Shown here: positions 35,236-45,399 of the stretch, piece after piece
How positions within the stretch are numbered: the stretch's first letter is position 1
Layout of the letters: every line of letters starts with the position of its first letter
IMG/VR virus record: IMGVR_UViG_3300042453_004886
Location: 130,627 to 194,626 of that record
Source of the DNA: a virus
DNA: 64,000 bases
Direction: 5' to 3' (one strand)
Translations under genes and position numbers: made by a program
The notes under the pieces: model-generated
What the model was told of the DNA's origin: nothing
The model's input: only the letters and a program-made list of their open reading frames with translations
Database searches by the model: none

Positions 35236-38200
35236 ATGGGTGGTTACGGAAGTGGTGGATTTGGATTAGGTGGTTTTGGTGTAGGTGCTACAACCACTAC
35301 AACAACGCTTGCTCCTGGTACATTTGGAGCAGGTGTTGTCAGCGGTGGCCTTAAAAAAATGCCTGCCCACGCTGTTCAAATGCAGGATGAAAGAACTTTT
35401 GCAGACCATATCAGAGATTACAGGGCAGAGCTAAATCAAAAAACCTTGGATGTATCCGAAGTTGAAAAACAAGCTCAAATACTTTTTTCTCAGCAAAAGC
35501 ATGCAGCTGTAAACCAAGGAGGCCACCTTGCATCTCACATTGTTTCAGAACAAGATCTTAGCTCAACAATAAGTTTGCAAGATTACATAAATGAAGTAAA
35601 AGCAGCAAAAGGTCCTTACAGCGATCTAAGAACAGCTGTGTCTGTTGCTTTAGGAAAAACAATCGTAAGAAAATGGAACAATGAAGCGGCATACAAAAAA
35701 GAAATAATAACTGGTTTGGATTACAAGTCAGACCTGAACAAGCTTATTTTAAGCAAAACCTTTGTAAAAGCAAAAGAAATATCAAATACAGTTGTACCTG
35801 TTCTTACTCAACAAACTGAATCGACAGACCCTGTTGTGGTCACCTCCAAGTTTTATAACAGTCCTGCAGTTTTGCCCACATCTTACGGTTGGCAGCTTTT
35901 TGACGGTGACCCTAATACCATTTTTTCTATTCCAAATAGCGGAGCAGATTATACTGCAACCGGATGGGTTCAAGTTAAATTGCCTGAAGTTAAAAAAGTT
36001 GTTTATTACAAAATTACTCCTTATGGCTCAACCTCTTGGAGTTACCAAGGATACTATGGAAGATATTATTTGGAAGATCCATCTTCTTGGGTACTACAAG
36101 GATCTCAGGATGGAGTTAATTGGACAAATCTTGACTCACGTTCTATAAGTTTTGATAGAAATCCTGGGCTAGCTGACTACTCCAAACTTTTATATGTTGA
36201 TTCTCCCGGTTATTACAGATATTACAGGCTTAATCTGACAGGGCCTGGAGCTTGGGGAACAAGTATAAAAAATATAGAGCTATACGAGTACTATGTTAAT
36301 AGTGCAGGTAAAAATATAGATCGTAATCTTGTATATGATTTTGCTGATCCAGATTCTAGTAGTAAGTGGATCTTAAACAACGGTAGGCTTGAAATAAAAC
36401 CATACCCTGACGGGAATTACCCAAGAACAGCTATTTACTTATCTGAAAAACTTCAAGCTCCTGGAAACAAGTTCGGTGACGGAGCAATTGGTAGGTTTAA
36501 CTGGGATCAGACAGGATCTAACGTAGCATTTCAAGTCAGATCAGAAAAAGCACCTTCTGGCTCTGAAAATATTGCTGTTGGAAAAACAGTTACGTCAAAC
36601 TTCACTCGAGCAGCTTCAAGTACTGCAACATTTGAAAAGCTAACAGATGGCAGTATTTCTAATTTAGAAACTGTTAATTACAATCTTACTGAATCTGGAG
36701 CAACTTCTGACGGGGATTACCCCTGGGTTCAAGTTGATCTTGGTAAAGTATTTAGACTGAATAGTATAAAAGTATTTCATTACTACCCAAATAGTGGTGT
36801 TTTGTATTATGACAGTATTTTAGAAACATCTGAAGATGGCGTAAATTGGCAAGCTGTATTTGCCAGCGGAAGGCACGGTGAAAGCCCTCTTACTTATGCA
36901 GAAAGTTCACAAGGTAAAACTCACAGCTTGAACGCTAGAAGAGTTAGATACGTAAGAGAAAAAATAAGAGGCTACTCTTCAGGAAATTCTTCAAATACTA
37001 CTCAAAACTTTTACAATCAAGCAATTGAAGCAAGATGGGCAGAAATCCAAGTTTACCCTCTGTCTTTTGATGAGCTTGACTGGGATCAGATCAAACGAGG
37101 TCAAGACCTCTACACGTCAAGCAATCATCAAGGTAATGACTGGTTTCAATACAAAATTATTCTTGAAGGACAAAATCCACTGACTAAAGAGTACAGTGAA
37201 TCAATTACTTTAGACACAGAATCATCTACAAATCTAAATATTAATACAAAAGAACTAAACTATAACAAAACTTCAGGGGAATGGATAAGTAAACCCTACA
37301 CGATTGATAAAGACTTTGTAAAACTAAAAAGATTAAATCTATCCTACACTGGAAGCATTAATTGGACCTATCGAACAGGTATTATGAGTGCCACGGGTAT
37401 ACTGTGGGATGACTGGAAAACTGTTCCTTCCAGCGGTAATGTAGAGGCTTTTAACAAGCTTAGTTATAACATTGTTCAGCTTAAAGCAAACATGCAAAGA
37501 CTCACAGTACTAGATCCAAGCCCAACAATTACATCTGCACAAGCTACATACAACGCAACTGTTTATGCTGTAACTCCTAGTGTCAGAAACGTTAGAATGA
37601 ATAACTACATTCAAACTTTTCAAGGAAGCGGCCAGATACAAATTGTTTTAGATACTCAGTCAACAGGTACTGTCTTTAAAAGAATAAAGTGGAACCAAAT
37701 ACTTCCTTGGGACACAGGAATTTCTGTACAAGCGAGAGCTTCGGATACTTATCCTTTCGACGAGCAGAACCAGAGTTTTGAAATTATTAGAACTGCTGGA
37801 GAAGGAATAAACCAAATTGGTAGATATGTAGATGTAAGGTTTGTACTTTCTTCTTTTTCAGGAGACTATACAAGTAAAATATATAATCTTGAAATTGAGT
37901 ACGAACTTTATAAAAACTATGAATCAAACAGAAATATACAAGAACTTTTTCAAGATACAATTAAAACTAATTTTGAGCTTAAAAGAAAAACTTTATACAA
38001 TGAACAAAAACTTTACAGGATGTTTACAGATGTATTTGAGGACACTTCAGGTATAGGCCCTGGTTCATATAATTACTCCTACAACGGTGTTGCTAAATAT
38101 ATTTACTCACCAAGGTACGAAGCAACACTTGTAACTCCTTTACTCCCAGTAAATGGTTTAATCAACAATTTTATATCGTCTATTTCTTACGACCCAGGAT

Positions 38201-38373
38201 CAGACGGACTTATCAGAATGGAGTACTCTTTTGATAATGGTACTTCTTGGAACAAAGTAAATAGCTTTGATTTAAAAATAAGTTTAGACACTCCTGTAGA
38301 AAACCCACAATTAAAGTTAAAATTTTTAATATACGGGACTGCTAAATTATACGGCTGGGTGTTTGCTTACTAG
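35236..38373 (+). CDS. Large virion protein A with F5/8-type-C-like domains
   Basis: WVLQGSQDGVNWTNLD...YRYYRL; WVQVDLGKVFRLNSIKV...ETSEDGVNW; N-terminal GGYGSGGFGLGGFG-T6. Confidence 0.75.
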   Translation: MGGYGSGGFGLGGFGVGATTTTTTLAPGTFGAGVVSGGLKKMPAHAVQMQDERTFADHIRDYRAELNQKTLDVSEVEKQAQILFSQQKHAAVNQGGHLASHIVSEQDLSSTISLQDYINEVKAAKGPYSDLRTAVSVALGKTIVRKWNNEAAYKKEIITGLDYKSDLNKLILSKTFVKAKEISNTVVPVLTQQTESTDPVVVTSKFYNSPAVLPTSYGWQLFDGDPNTIFSIPNSGADYTATGWVQVKLPEVKKVVYYKITPYGSTSWSYQGYYGRYYLEDPSSWVLQGSQDGVNWTNLDSRSISFDRNPGLADYSKLLYVDSPGYYRYYRLNLTGPGAWGTSIKNIELYEYYVNSAGKNIDRNLVYDFADPDSSSKWILNNGRLEIKPYPDGNYPRTAIYLSEKLQAPGNKFGDGAIGRFNWDQTGSNVAFQVRSEKAPSGSENIAVGKTVTSNFTRAASSTATFEKLTDGSISNLETVNYNLTESGATSDGDYPWVQVDLGKVFRLNSIKVFHYYPNSGVLYYDSILETSEDGVNWQAVFASGRHGESPLTYAESSQGKTHSLNARRVRYVREKIRGYSSGNSSNTTQNFYNQAIEARWAEIQVYPLSFDELDWDQIKRGQDLYTSSNHQGNDWFQYKIILEGQNPLTKEYSESITLDTESSTNLNINTKELNYNKTSGEWISKPYTIDKDFVKLKRLNLSYTGSINWTYRTGIMSATGILWDDWKTVPSSGNVEAFNKLSYNIVQLKANMQRLTVLDPSPTITSAQATYNATVYAVTPSVRNVRMNNYIQTFQGSGQIQIVLDTQSTGTVFKRIKWNQILPWDTGISVQARASDTYPFDEQNQSFEIIRTAGEGINQIGRYVDVRFVLSSFSGDYTSKIYNLEIEYELYKNYESNRNIQELFQDTIKTNFELKRKTLYNEQKLYRMFTDVFEDTSGIGPGSYNYSYNGVAKYIYSPRYEATLVTPLLPVNGLINNFISSISYDPGSDGLIRMEYSFDNGTSWNKVNSFDLKISLDTPVENPQLKLKFLIYGTAKLYGWVFAY

Positions 38374-38382
38374 GAGCTAAAA

Positions 38383-41300
38383 ATGAGTTCAATGAAGCGG
38401 ATGCCTTATCATAGAATACTTAGACAGGCTAACACGATACAAGCTTGGTCAAACAACTTCAGGGTAGATGTTGACAACCTCAAACAGACAATCCTGAACT
38501 ACAAAAATAGGCTTGAAAACACGCTTGTACAGCCGCATGTTGCCCTTGAACAAGGTGGCCATAAAGCAAGCCATATCAAATCCCAGAACGCTGAATTGAG
38601 CACAGCAGAGGCATTTTGCGAAGAGATACGAGGCGCTAGAGGAGAGTTCGGCTCGATTCAAGAACGAATGGCTAACTTGAACGGAGTAAGTTTTGTAAAA
38701 AGCTGGGGGTCTGGTTCTGAGCTTCTTAACAGTTATCAAAAGCAGACGAGTCGAGTTTTCAACAATAGACTTGAATGTTCGGAAGAGCCTCAATTACATG
38801 AAGATATTTTTGGACTGGATAATTTAAATTACGAAAATCCGGGTTCAGACCAGTTTGACGAGTTTATTCAGGCTAATAGTATGCCTACTATAAATTCTGG
38901 AAGACTAACATCAAGTCAATCCTCTAGCTATCAGGGTAACTTTAATACAGTAGGTTATTCAAGTGATCCTTTGAACTCAAATGAAAAAGTATTTAGAGTA
39001 TTTGCTGCTTTTAGAGATAACTGGAACACTTATTCAGCTTCTTTAAGCTATACTTTTCCAGAGAAACAGTCTAGTTTTGAATCTTTACTCTTTTATACGG
39101 AATTTATACCAACTAATTCAAATCCTTACTCTTGTTATATAACTTTATACACAGATGTTAATAAGTCCATGCAAATAAGGTTTCATCCAAGCGGTATCTA
39201 CATAAATAATGTTTTTTTTGATTACTCCAACGTAAGCAATACAGCTACTTGGCTAAACCAAAAACACAAGCTAACAATAAGTAAGTTTAAAAATATACTT
39301 TGGGAAGTAAGTCTTGACGGAGTTTTACTTGCCAGACAAAGTTACTATGACGGTTTACCAGAGGGTACCGTAAATATTTTTACTCCATATGTAAATTTTT
39401 ACGCTGAAGATACTTACGGAAATCTTGGTGGTTTTAACGTTAAAGAGTTTGGTTTAAAGCAGTTTAGCGCATCTACGGGATCTTCAAGTTCTATTAAAAT
39501 AAATCCAAACAATACTCTTACACTTTCCACAGGTAAATTTACTGGAACCTACACAAGCCCTATCAGATCTATACAAAAAGATAGAGGATCTGTTGCTAAA
39601 AAAGTTATAAATGACTACACAGGCCCGGCACCTAAGGTATACGCAAGGTTTTCAACTTCTGAGTCTGGTATAAAAAATGAATCTTGGACATTTTTAAACA
39701 ATCAAGGAGATATACTAAATTCTGTAAGATCAAAACCTTACTACCAATTAAAGTTAGATTTATCTGGGTCAGGATCTGTAACAAATCAGGGATCTACTTT
39801 ACTTCTTGATACTTTTGAGAATTATAAAGCAACTACTCTGTGTAAAAATGGAAATCCAATAGCAAGTAGTTCAAATATAGCAGCAAATTTAATTAAACCT
39901 TTTACAAATGATGAAAATAATTTATCAAGTTACTGGGAGGGAACAGAGCGTGAAAGTTCTATAATAACCAGTTGGATAGGATACAATTTTAATGCTCCTG
40001 TATCTGTAAAAACAATTATTTTTGCACAAGCTTACATATTTGCTTCATCCGTAACTGGATGGAACTGGTTATCAAGTATTAAAGTCCAAAAATCTGATGA
40101 TGGTACTAGTTGGCAAGATGTAAAAACCTATGCAATTGTTGCAGATTCAAGAGTTCAAATTATTAATGTACCTGAAACAGAACCAGCCCAATATTGGAGA
40201 TTGAAAGCAAACAGTCAATCTGTAAGATCTTCTTCTTACATTGGTTGGGCTTTGTCGCTTCTTCAAATGTTTGATGAAGAGTTTATTTTAAAAGAAACCC
40301 AAGAAAGTGTAACAATTACAGATAAACTATACTTTCAAGGCAGCACTTCTCAAGGTATACCAAACGGCGACTTTTCAAATGAGCTTGAAGGTTGGGTAGC
40401 TAATGCTCAAGTTACAAACCTTGATCCAACAAAAATAGCAGCTTGGCAAGAAGCTAGTTCTGGGCCTTACCAAATAAACGGAATTGATACAAGTTTACAG
40501 AGTCCTAATTTTGTAATAAGTGGCCCAATAGAAATAGCATATAAGAATAAATTCACCGGAGCGCCAAACACAGTTGCAAAGCTAAGAGTCTATGACTCTT
40601 CAACAAATGCTTTACTGGATGAAAGAGACCTGCAAAAAATCGAATCTTGGACAACATCCACTTACTACCCTCCTAAATCAATTTTAAATAAATCCGTATA
40701 TTTAAAATTTTATGTAAGTACTTATTGGAGCTATTACCTTGACCGGTCTTCTGTTTACGTAGGTGTGGGAGTTTCCTATATAAAACTAGGTACTGCAAGC
40801 TATACTTCAGTGCCGAAAAAATTAGAAGGCAACAAAGTAAAAAAATTAAATTGGAAGCAGAAAGTTGGCTCAGGAGAATTGGTAGCTGACTCAGCTTACC
40901 CAGTTGTTTTTGTAAAAAGTGGAAGCACACCTGGAGAAACTCTTTTAAACAGCGAAGTAAATTTACCAGTTCAAATAACTCCTTCAGGTGAGTGGGCAAA
41001 CTGTTCAGTAAACCTTGATCAGCTTGGAGAATACTTTTGTATTGGAGTTTCTTTTGGTGTTGTTGGAACACACGACCATCTTATCGAACTAGATGAGTTT
41101 GAAATTGAGTGGGAAAAAATAACTCTTGAAACTTCTCCAGTTGTTTCAAAAACAACTTTGCAGTACGAAAGCTATTTGTATTACCTTGATGGACAAACTT
41201 ACTACATGTTTGATTCTAATGATAAAGGAACAAAGTGGGGTAGGTTTTTTTGCGAGGGTGGTTTAGAACCCACAGCTTCAAACGATAATAATTACTGGGA

Positions 41301-42357
41301 TCGAAGAGTACTTAAAAATGTTACAGAAAACTATCTTACGGTAGATGACTTTAGCAACTGCAAATCTCAGTCTGTTGCAAGCCCCTCACCAGGAAGTTCT
41401 TTTTCAGTTTCAGGTAATGGCTCTAATGCTGCTTACCTTTTTAGTGCTTATTTTTATAATGATACTCCTAACGACATAATTTACAGTTTTACTGTGTCAA
41501 GTTCTGGATCTTCAAATAAGTGGCAGGTTTTCAGAAATAGAAGTTCTCTTGGTTTAAACAAGTCTTCTTACAACCTACTTTTACAATCAAAAGCGTGGAC
41601 AAGAGTGGACTTGTACTTTAAAAGATTTGGCTCAAGTCCTGAAAATTTTGTTACAAACGCAAGCTGGACTTCAGCTGCAAGTATTATGAACTCGACTCAA
41701 AATATAAATCCTGAAATAGGGATGTTCAGTGTAAAAACACTGGCTAAACTTGAAGACGAGCCAAATGAAGAGTGGAAAATTGTAGGAAATGATCAAGCAA
41801 TAGGTACTCCGGGAAGATACTTACTTGTAAAAGTAAATACAAAAGCTACAGAAAACAGGCTGTTTTCTTCTGGAACAAACTATTTTGGAGCAAGCTATAC
41901 AGGAGATTTAAGTTCAGGCATTACAAATAGTATTGCTTCACTTGCTGAAAATCTTGCTCGAACAAACTTTGAACTAAAAACCCTTACACTAGCTAACGAC
42001 CATAACTTACTTCATATCATGCAAGATGTATTTGAAGATAGTTCAGACATCTCAGAGCTATCATCAAATATTATTAGAGATAGTTCTGTGCCCGGAGTTG
42101 TTCAAGTAAACTCAGGTTATCCAGGAATTCTTGTTTCAAATACGTTTATAAACAGCTATATACCTGGATTTGCAATGGTTGTTTCAGACGCCATTGGACA
42201 AGTTATTTATTCCGTTAGTCGAGACAACGGCGTAACTTGGACCGATCTCGAACCAAGCTCAATGACACCTATTACAAGTTCTCCAGGAACTCAAATAAAG
42301 TTCAGAGCTGTGCTTTTAGACGGCGCCGTGCTTAAACGTTGGGCACTGATTCTTTGA
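38383..42357 (+). CDS. Large virion protein B (paralog)
   Basis: Shares GGH.A..I.S...E...ARG N-module and NFEL...DVFEDSS...W C-module; VQKSDDGTSWQDV. Confidence 0.75.
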   Translation: MSSMKRMPYHRILRQANTIQAWSNNFRVDVDNLKQTILNYKNRLENTLVQPHVALEQGGHKASHIKSQNAELSTAEAFCEEIRGARGEFGSIQERMANLNGVSFVKSWGSGSELLNSYQKQTSRVFNNRLECSEEPQLHEDIFGLDNLNYENPGSDQFDEFIQANSMPTINSGRLTSSQSSSYQGNFNTVGYSSDPLNSNEKVFRVFAAFRDNWNTYSASLSYTFPEKQSSFESLLFYTEFIPTNSNPYSCYITLYTDVNKSMQIRFHPSGIYINNVFFDYSNVSNTATWLNQKHKLTISKFKNILWEVSLDGVLLARQSYYDGLPEGTVNIFTPYVNFYAEDTYGNLGGFNVKEFGLKQFSASTGSSSSIKINPNNTLTLSTGKFTGTYTSPIRSIQKDRGSVAKKVINDYTGPAPKVYARFSTSESGIKNESWTFLNNQGDILNSVRSKPYYQLKLDLSGSGSVTNQGSTLLLDTFENYKATTLCKNGNPIASSSNIAANLIKPFTNDENNLSSYWEGTERESSIITSWIGYNFNAPVSVKTIIFAQAYIFASSVTGWNWLSSIKVQKSDDGTSWQDVKTYAIVADSRVQIINVPETEPAQYWRLKANSQSVRSSSYIGWALSLLQMFDEEFILKETQESVTITDKLYFQGSTSQGIPNGDFSNELEGWVANAQVTNLDPTKIAAWQEASSGPYQINGIDTSLQSPNFVISGPIEIAYKNKFTGAPNTVAKLRVYDSSTNALLDERDLQKIESWTTSTYYPPKSILNKSVYLKFYVSTYWSYYLDRSSVYVGVGVSYIKLGTASYTSVPKKLEGNKVKKLNWKQKVGSGELVADSAYPVVFVKSGSTPGETLLNSEVNLPVQITPSGEWANCSVNLDQLGEYFCIGVSFGVVGTHDHLIELDEFEIEWEKITLETSPVVSKTTLQYESYLYYLDGQTYYMFDSNDKGTKWGRFFCEGGLEPTASNDNNYWDRRVLKNVTENYLTVDDFSNCKSQSVASPSPGSSFSVSGNGSNAAYLFSAYFYNDTPNDIIYSFTVSSSGSSNKWQVFRNRSSLGLNKSSYNLLLQSKAWTRVDLYFKRFGSSPENFVTNASWTSAASIMNSTQNINPEIGMFSVKTLAKLEDEPNEEWKIVGNDQAIGTPGRYLLVKVNTKATENRLFSSGTNYFGASYTGDLSSGITNSIASLAENLARTNFELKTLTLANDHNLLHIMQDVFEDSSDISELSSNIIRDSSVPGVVQVNSGYPGILVSNTFINSYIPGFAMVVSDAIGQVIYSVSRDNGVTWTDLEPSSMTPITSSPGTQIKFRAVLLDGAVLKRWALIL

Positions 42358-42364
42358 GGTAGGT

Positions 42365-44362
42365 ATGACTCAAGATCTGAATAGCATGAACGAAGACTGG
42401 GTCGAATCTATCGAGTACAACGATAGAATATCAAAACTTGAGTTTGATGTAGCTCAGCTTAACTCAAGAATGTCATCAACAGCTTCTGTACTAAACATAC
42501 TTGAAAGTTACACGCATCCAAATTTATCCGAGGGCGGGCATCTTGCAAATCAAATTAAAAGTGAAGATAGTGTAGACCTTCAAGAATACATTGATGACAT
42601 GGTTGATGCCCGGATGGGCGAAGTTAGTTTAAACGCTGTTTTAAACACAGCGCAAGGGCTTGCAGCTAGCGTATCGGTCACGTTTACAGATACAGTAGAG
42701 TTGCAACCTTCGAGTATTTCCGTACTGGGTAATAAACCTTACGAAGCAGCAGATTTTAGCTTTAACCTTGATCCAAATATATTTGATAGAAATCAAAAAG
42801 CTAAAATAACTGCATCGATTACCTGGTCTGACAGGTTCAACAATAACAATACTTTTGATACATCAATAAAAGCCAAGATAAACAATACCGAGGTAGACAT
42901 AACAGACAAGGTAGGTGCAGAAAATGCAAGCACCGTTATCGAATTTGAGACTCCTGCAGGGTCCCTATTGAACGGGCTAAACACTGTTTCTTTTCTAGTT
43001 GAGAACCCCGCAGGCGGTAAAGCTTGGGTTGTAGGAAACAAGGTAGGAAGTCAAAGAGCTCCAGGAGTTGTCGTAGCCGTAACGCACAGGATTTTAAATT
43101 CTCCAGAAAATATTTTGGCAGCTAGAATTGTTTTTCTGAGCTCAGAGTCAAGTCAGATTGTATCTCTATCAAGCCTAGAACTATACAACCAAGATACTAA
43201 ACTTACAGGGCTTACAGCATCTGCTACAAGCACTCTAGATGCTTCTACAGGAGCTGAAAATGTACTGGATGATCAACAAGATACGTTCTGGAAAAGCAGC
43301 TCTTCTAGCCCACCCAGCATAGCTTCACCGCAAAGCATCATGCTTAGCTTACCTTCCTTGCAAAACGTTACTTCAATCAGGTGGACTTTACAGAAAGAAA
43401 GTACCGGGCAGCAGCCGCTTAACTACGTTGTTCAGTTTTCTAAGCAAAATTCTGCTACAGCTGCGGACAGTTTAGATAGTTCAAAATGGTACACCGTAGA
43501 TTTATCTAACGGTAAAGCAGATAACACTGAAAAAGCTGAAGATTCTATTGGTGTTCCGCTTTATATGATTTCTGGATTTACAGAAGATTGGATTTTTTCA
43601 TCTGTAAAAGTAACGCCTAAGCAAAGTAATAGCACGATAATACTAGACTCTCAAAAAAATGAATCCATCTGGACAAAAGTAACTTGGGGATTTTCAAAGC
43701 AACCTGAAAATTCAAGCATAACCATGACAGCGCGAGTTGGAAACGATCCAAACTCAGGCCCTACCCAGCTACTCAATCCAGGAGACAAGCCAATAAATGG
43801 AGGAAGATATCTTTGCCTGACTCCAAACTTCATTCCAAATGAAACAAACGATTACGCATCTATCGGATTTGTGAGCGGAACTTTTATTCCTGACCCTGAC
43901 GGGCAGCTAAAATCAGATCTTTTTTCACTTAAAGTGAATATCATAAAGATGAACTGGGAACTGAGGAGATACAAAACTGAATTACAAACTCAGTTATCTC
44001 AAATTGTAATGGATGTTTTCAAAGATACTTCAGGAATTGATCCAGCATTTTCTTTTAACTGGATCAAAAAAACATTACCCACAGCTTGGGGTTTAACCGC
44101 AAACTTACCAGACTCGAGTGCAATAATTCAAACAAATCCAATAAGTATTCCATCTCAGTTTTCTCAGCTAATGGTAGTTGCTGACATCGAAAAAAACTTG
44201 GGCGACGTAACCATTCAAATTAGCAAGAATGGTGGCGGTTTCTGGAAAGATGTATATGATGGTTACATGATCTCTACATCAGACATGCCAGGGTCAGAAT
44301 TGATTATCAAATTTACTCTGACAGAAAATGCTATATTGAGATCTTGGGCTATTTACTATTAG
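42365..44362 (+). CDS. Large virion protein C (paralog)
   Basis: Same N- and C-modules; ENVLDDQQDTFWKS discoidin-like segment. Confidence 0.75.
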   Translation: MTQDLNSMNEDWVESIEYNDRISKLEFDVAQLNSRMSSTASVLNILESYTHPNLSEGGHLANQIKSEDSVDLQEYIDDMVDARMGEVSLNAVLNTAQGLAASVSVTFTDTVELQPSSISVLGNKPYEAADFSFNLDPNIFDRNQKAKITASITWSDRFNNNNTFDTSIKAKINNTEVDITDKVGAENASTVIEFETPAGSLLNGLNTVSFLVENPAGGKAWVVGNKVGSQRAPGVVVAVTHRILNSPENILAARIVFLSSESSQIVSLSSLELYNQDTKLTGLTASATSTLDASTGAENVLDDQQDTFWKSSSSSPPSIASPQSIMLSLPSLQNVTSIRWTLQKESTGQQPLNYVVQFSKQNSATAADSLDSSKWYTVDLSNGKADNTEKAEDSIGVPLYMISGFTEDWIFSSVKVTPKQSNSTIILDSQKNESIWTKVTWGFSKQPENSSITMTARVGNDPNSGPTQLLNPGDKPINGGRYLCLTPNFIPNETNDYASIGFVSGTFIPDPDGQLKSDLFSLKVNIIKMNWELRRYKTELQTQLSQIVMDVFKDTSGIDPAFSFNWIKKTLPTAWGLTANLPDSSAIIQTNPISIPSQFSQLMVVADIEKNLGDVTIQISKNGGGFWKDVYDGYMISTSDMPGSELIIKFTLTENAILRSWAIYY

Positions 44363-44372
44363 GAGAAAAATT

Positions 44373-44642
44373 GTGGGAATAGAACATATAAATTTAGAAC
44401 CTTCCCGTAATAGATTTCTTCAATTAAGCGTTACAAATTATATTCTTACCATCAAAGCTCACGGAATGAGAGATTGCATGGTAGCGTTGATGATTCAATG
44501 CCCAAGCAACAAGCAAAGAATTATTCCTGTTCAGCTCATAGGTGACTCTGCAGAACTAGATCTTCAAGAACACGTGACCACCGAAGAAGGAAATCATACT
44601 GCTACGGGTTACAACATCCCTTCTAACTTGATCATTTTTTAA
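44373..44642 (+). CDS. Hypothetical protein
   Basis: 89-aa ORF with AGGAG RBS and GTG start. Confidence 0.6.
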   Translation: MGIEHINLEPSRNRFLQLSVTNYILTIKAHGMRDCMVALMIQCPSNKQRIIPVQLIGDSAELDLQEHVTTEEGNHTATGYNIPSNLIIF

Positions 44643-44796
44643 CAAAAACTTTAAGCAGAATGTTCAAGTAATTCGCTATACAAAACTTGTACAAGTAGGG
44701 AAGAACATAACGTTGATTAACGCCCCTTGAGGGGTATAAAATGGCTACACAGCCTGTTCTTGCCCGTCCTCCCTTTGCTTAGTTTTGGAAAACCCC

Positions 44797-45396
44797 ATGA
44801 GTAAAAATCAGATTGACATCTCCGATGTGTGGCAAAAAAGAACACGGCGTCGCTCTGACAAGTACACCGCCCTCCTCAAAGCAGTCCCAGAGTTCCTTGG
44901 AGCCCTCTCTAACGGTGCAAAGCACAAAGACCTGTGTGAGCACTTCAATCTCTCAAGGAATGACGCTACGTTCATCAAAGTCCTGAAGCAGCTCGTTGAA
45001 GAAGGACAAATCAACCGCGAGACCAACAAAGATGTTGATGCTCGAGTCGTTCTCTACACCCGTGCAAAAAAGAACGTGACGACATCGGTTCCACCCGTTG
45101 CACCTGTAGCTATCAAGCCTTCTATTCGCAGATTAGACAGTCTTGAGCTTCAGCTTGCTGAAAGAGACATCCGAATCCAGTGTCTGGAGCAAAAGGTTCA
45201 AGAGCTTGAAGCGTCTTTAAACGTGCTCAAGCAGGCCGCCATGGCGTTCAAAGCAGACTCTACGCCTGCTAACCCAAAGCCGCTACCTACGACGCTTCAA
45301 GACAAGCTCAGAGAGCATATCCACAATCACCAGCCTTGCGCTGAGAAAGTCATTCTTGGGGGAAGGATCAAGACCACGTTTTTAGAAAGAAGCTAG
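44797..45396 (+). CDS. Winged-HTH plus coiled-coil protein
   Basis: LSNGAKHKDLCEHFNLSR...VLKQLVEEGQINRE (wHTH-like), followed by heptads. Confidence 0.65.
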   Translation: MSKNQIDISDVWQKRTRRRSDKYTALLKAVPEFLGALSNGAKHKDLCEHFNLSRNDATFIKVLKQLVEEGQINRETNKDVDARVVLYTRAKKNVTTSVPPVAPVAIKPSIRRLDSLELQLAERDIRIQCLEQKVQELEASLNVLKQAAMAFKADSTPANPKPLPTTLQDKLREHIHNHQPCAEKVILGGRIKTTFLERS

Positions 45397-45399
45397 TCC

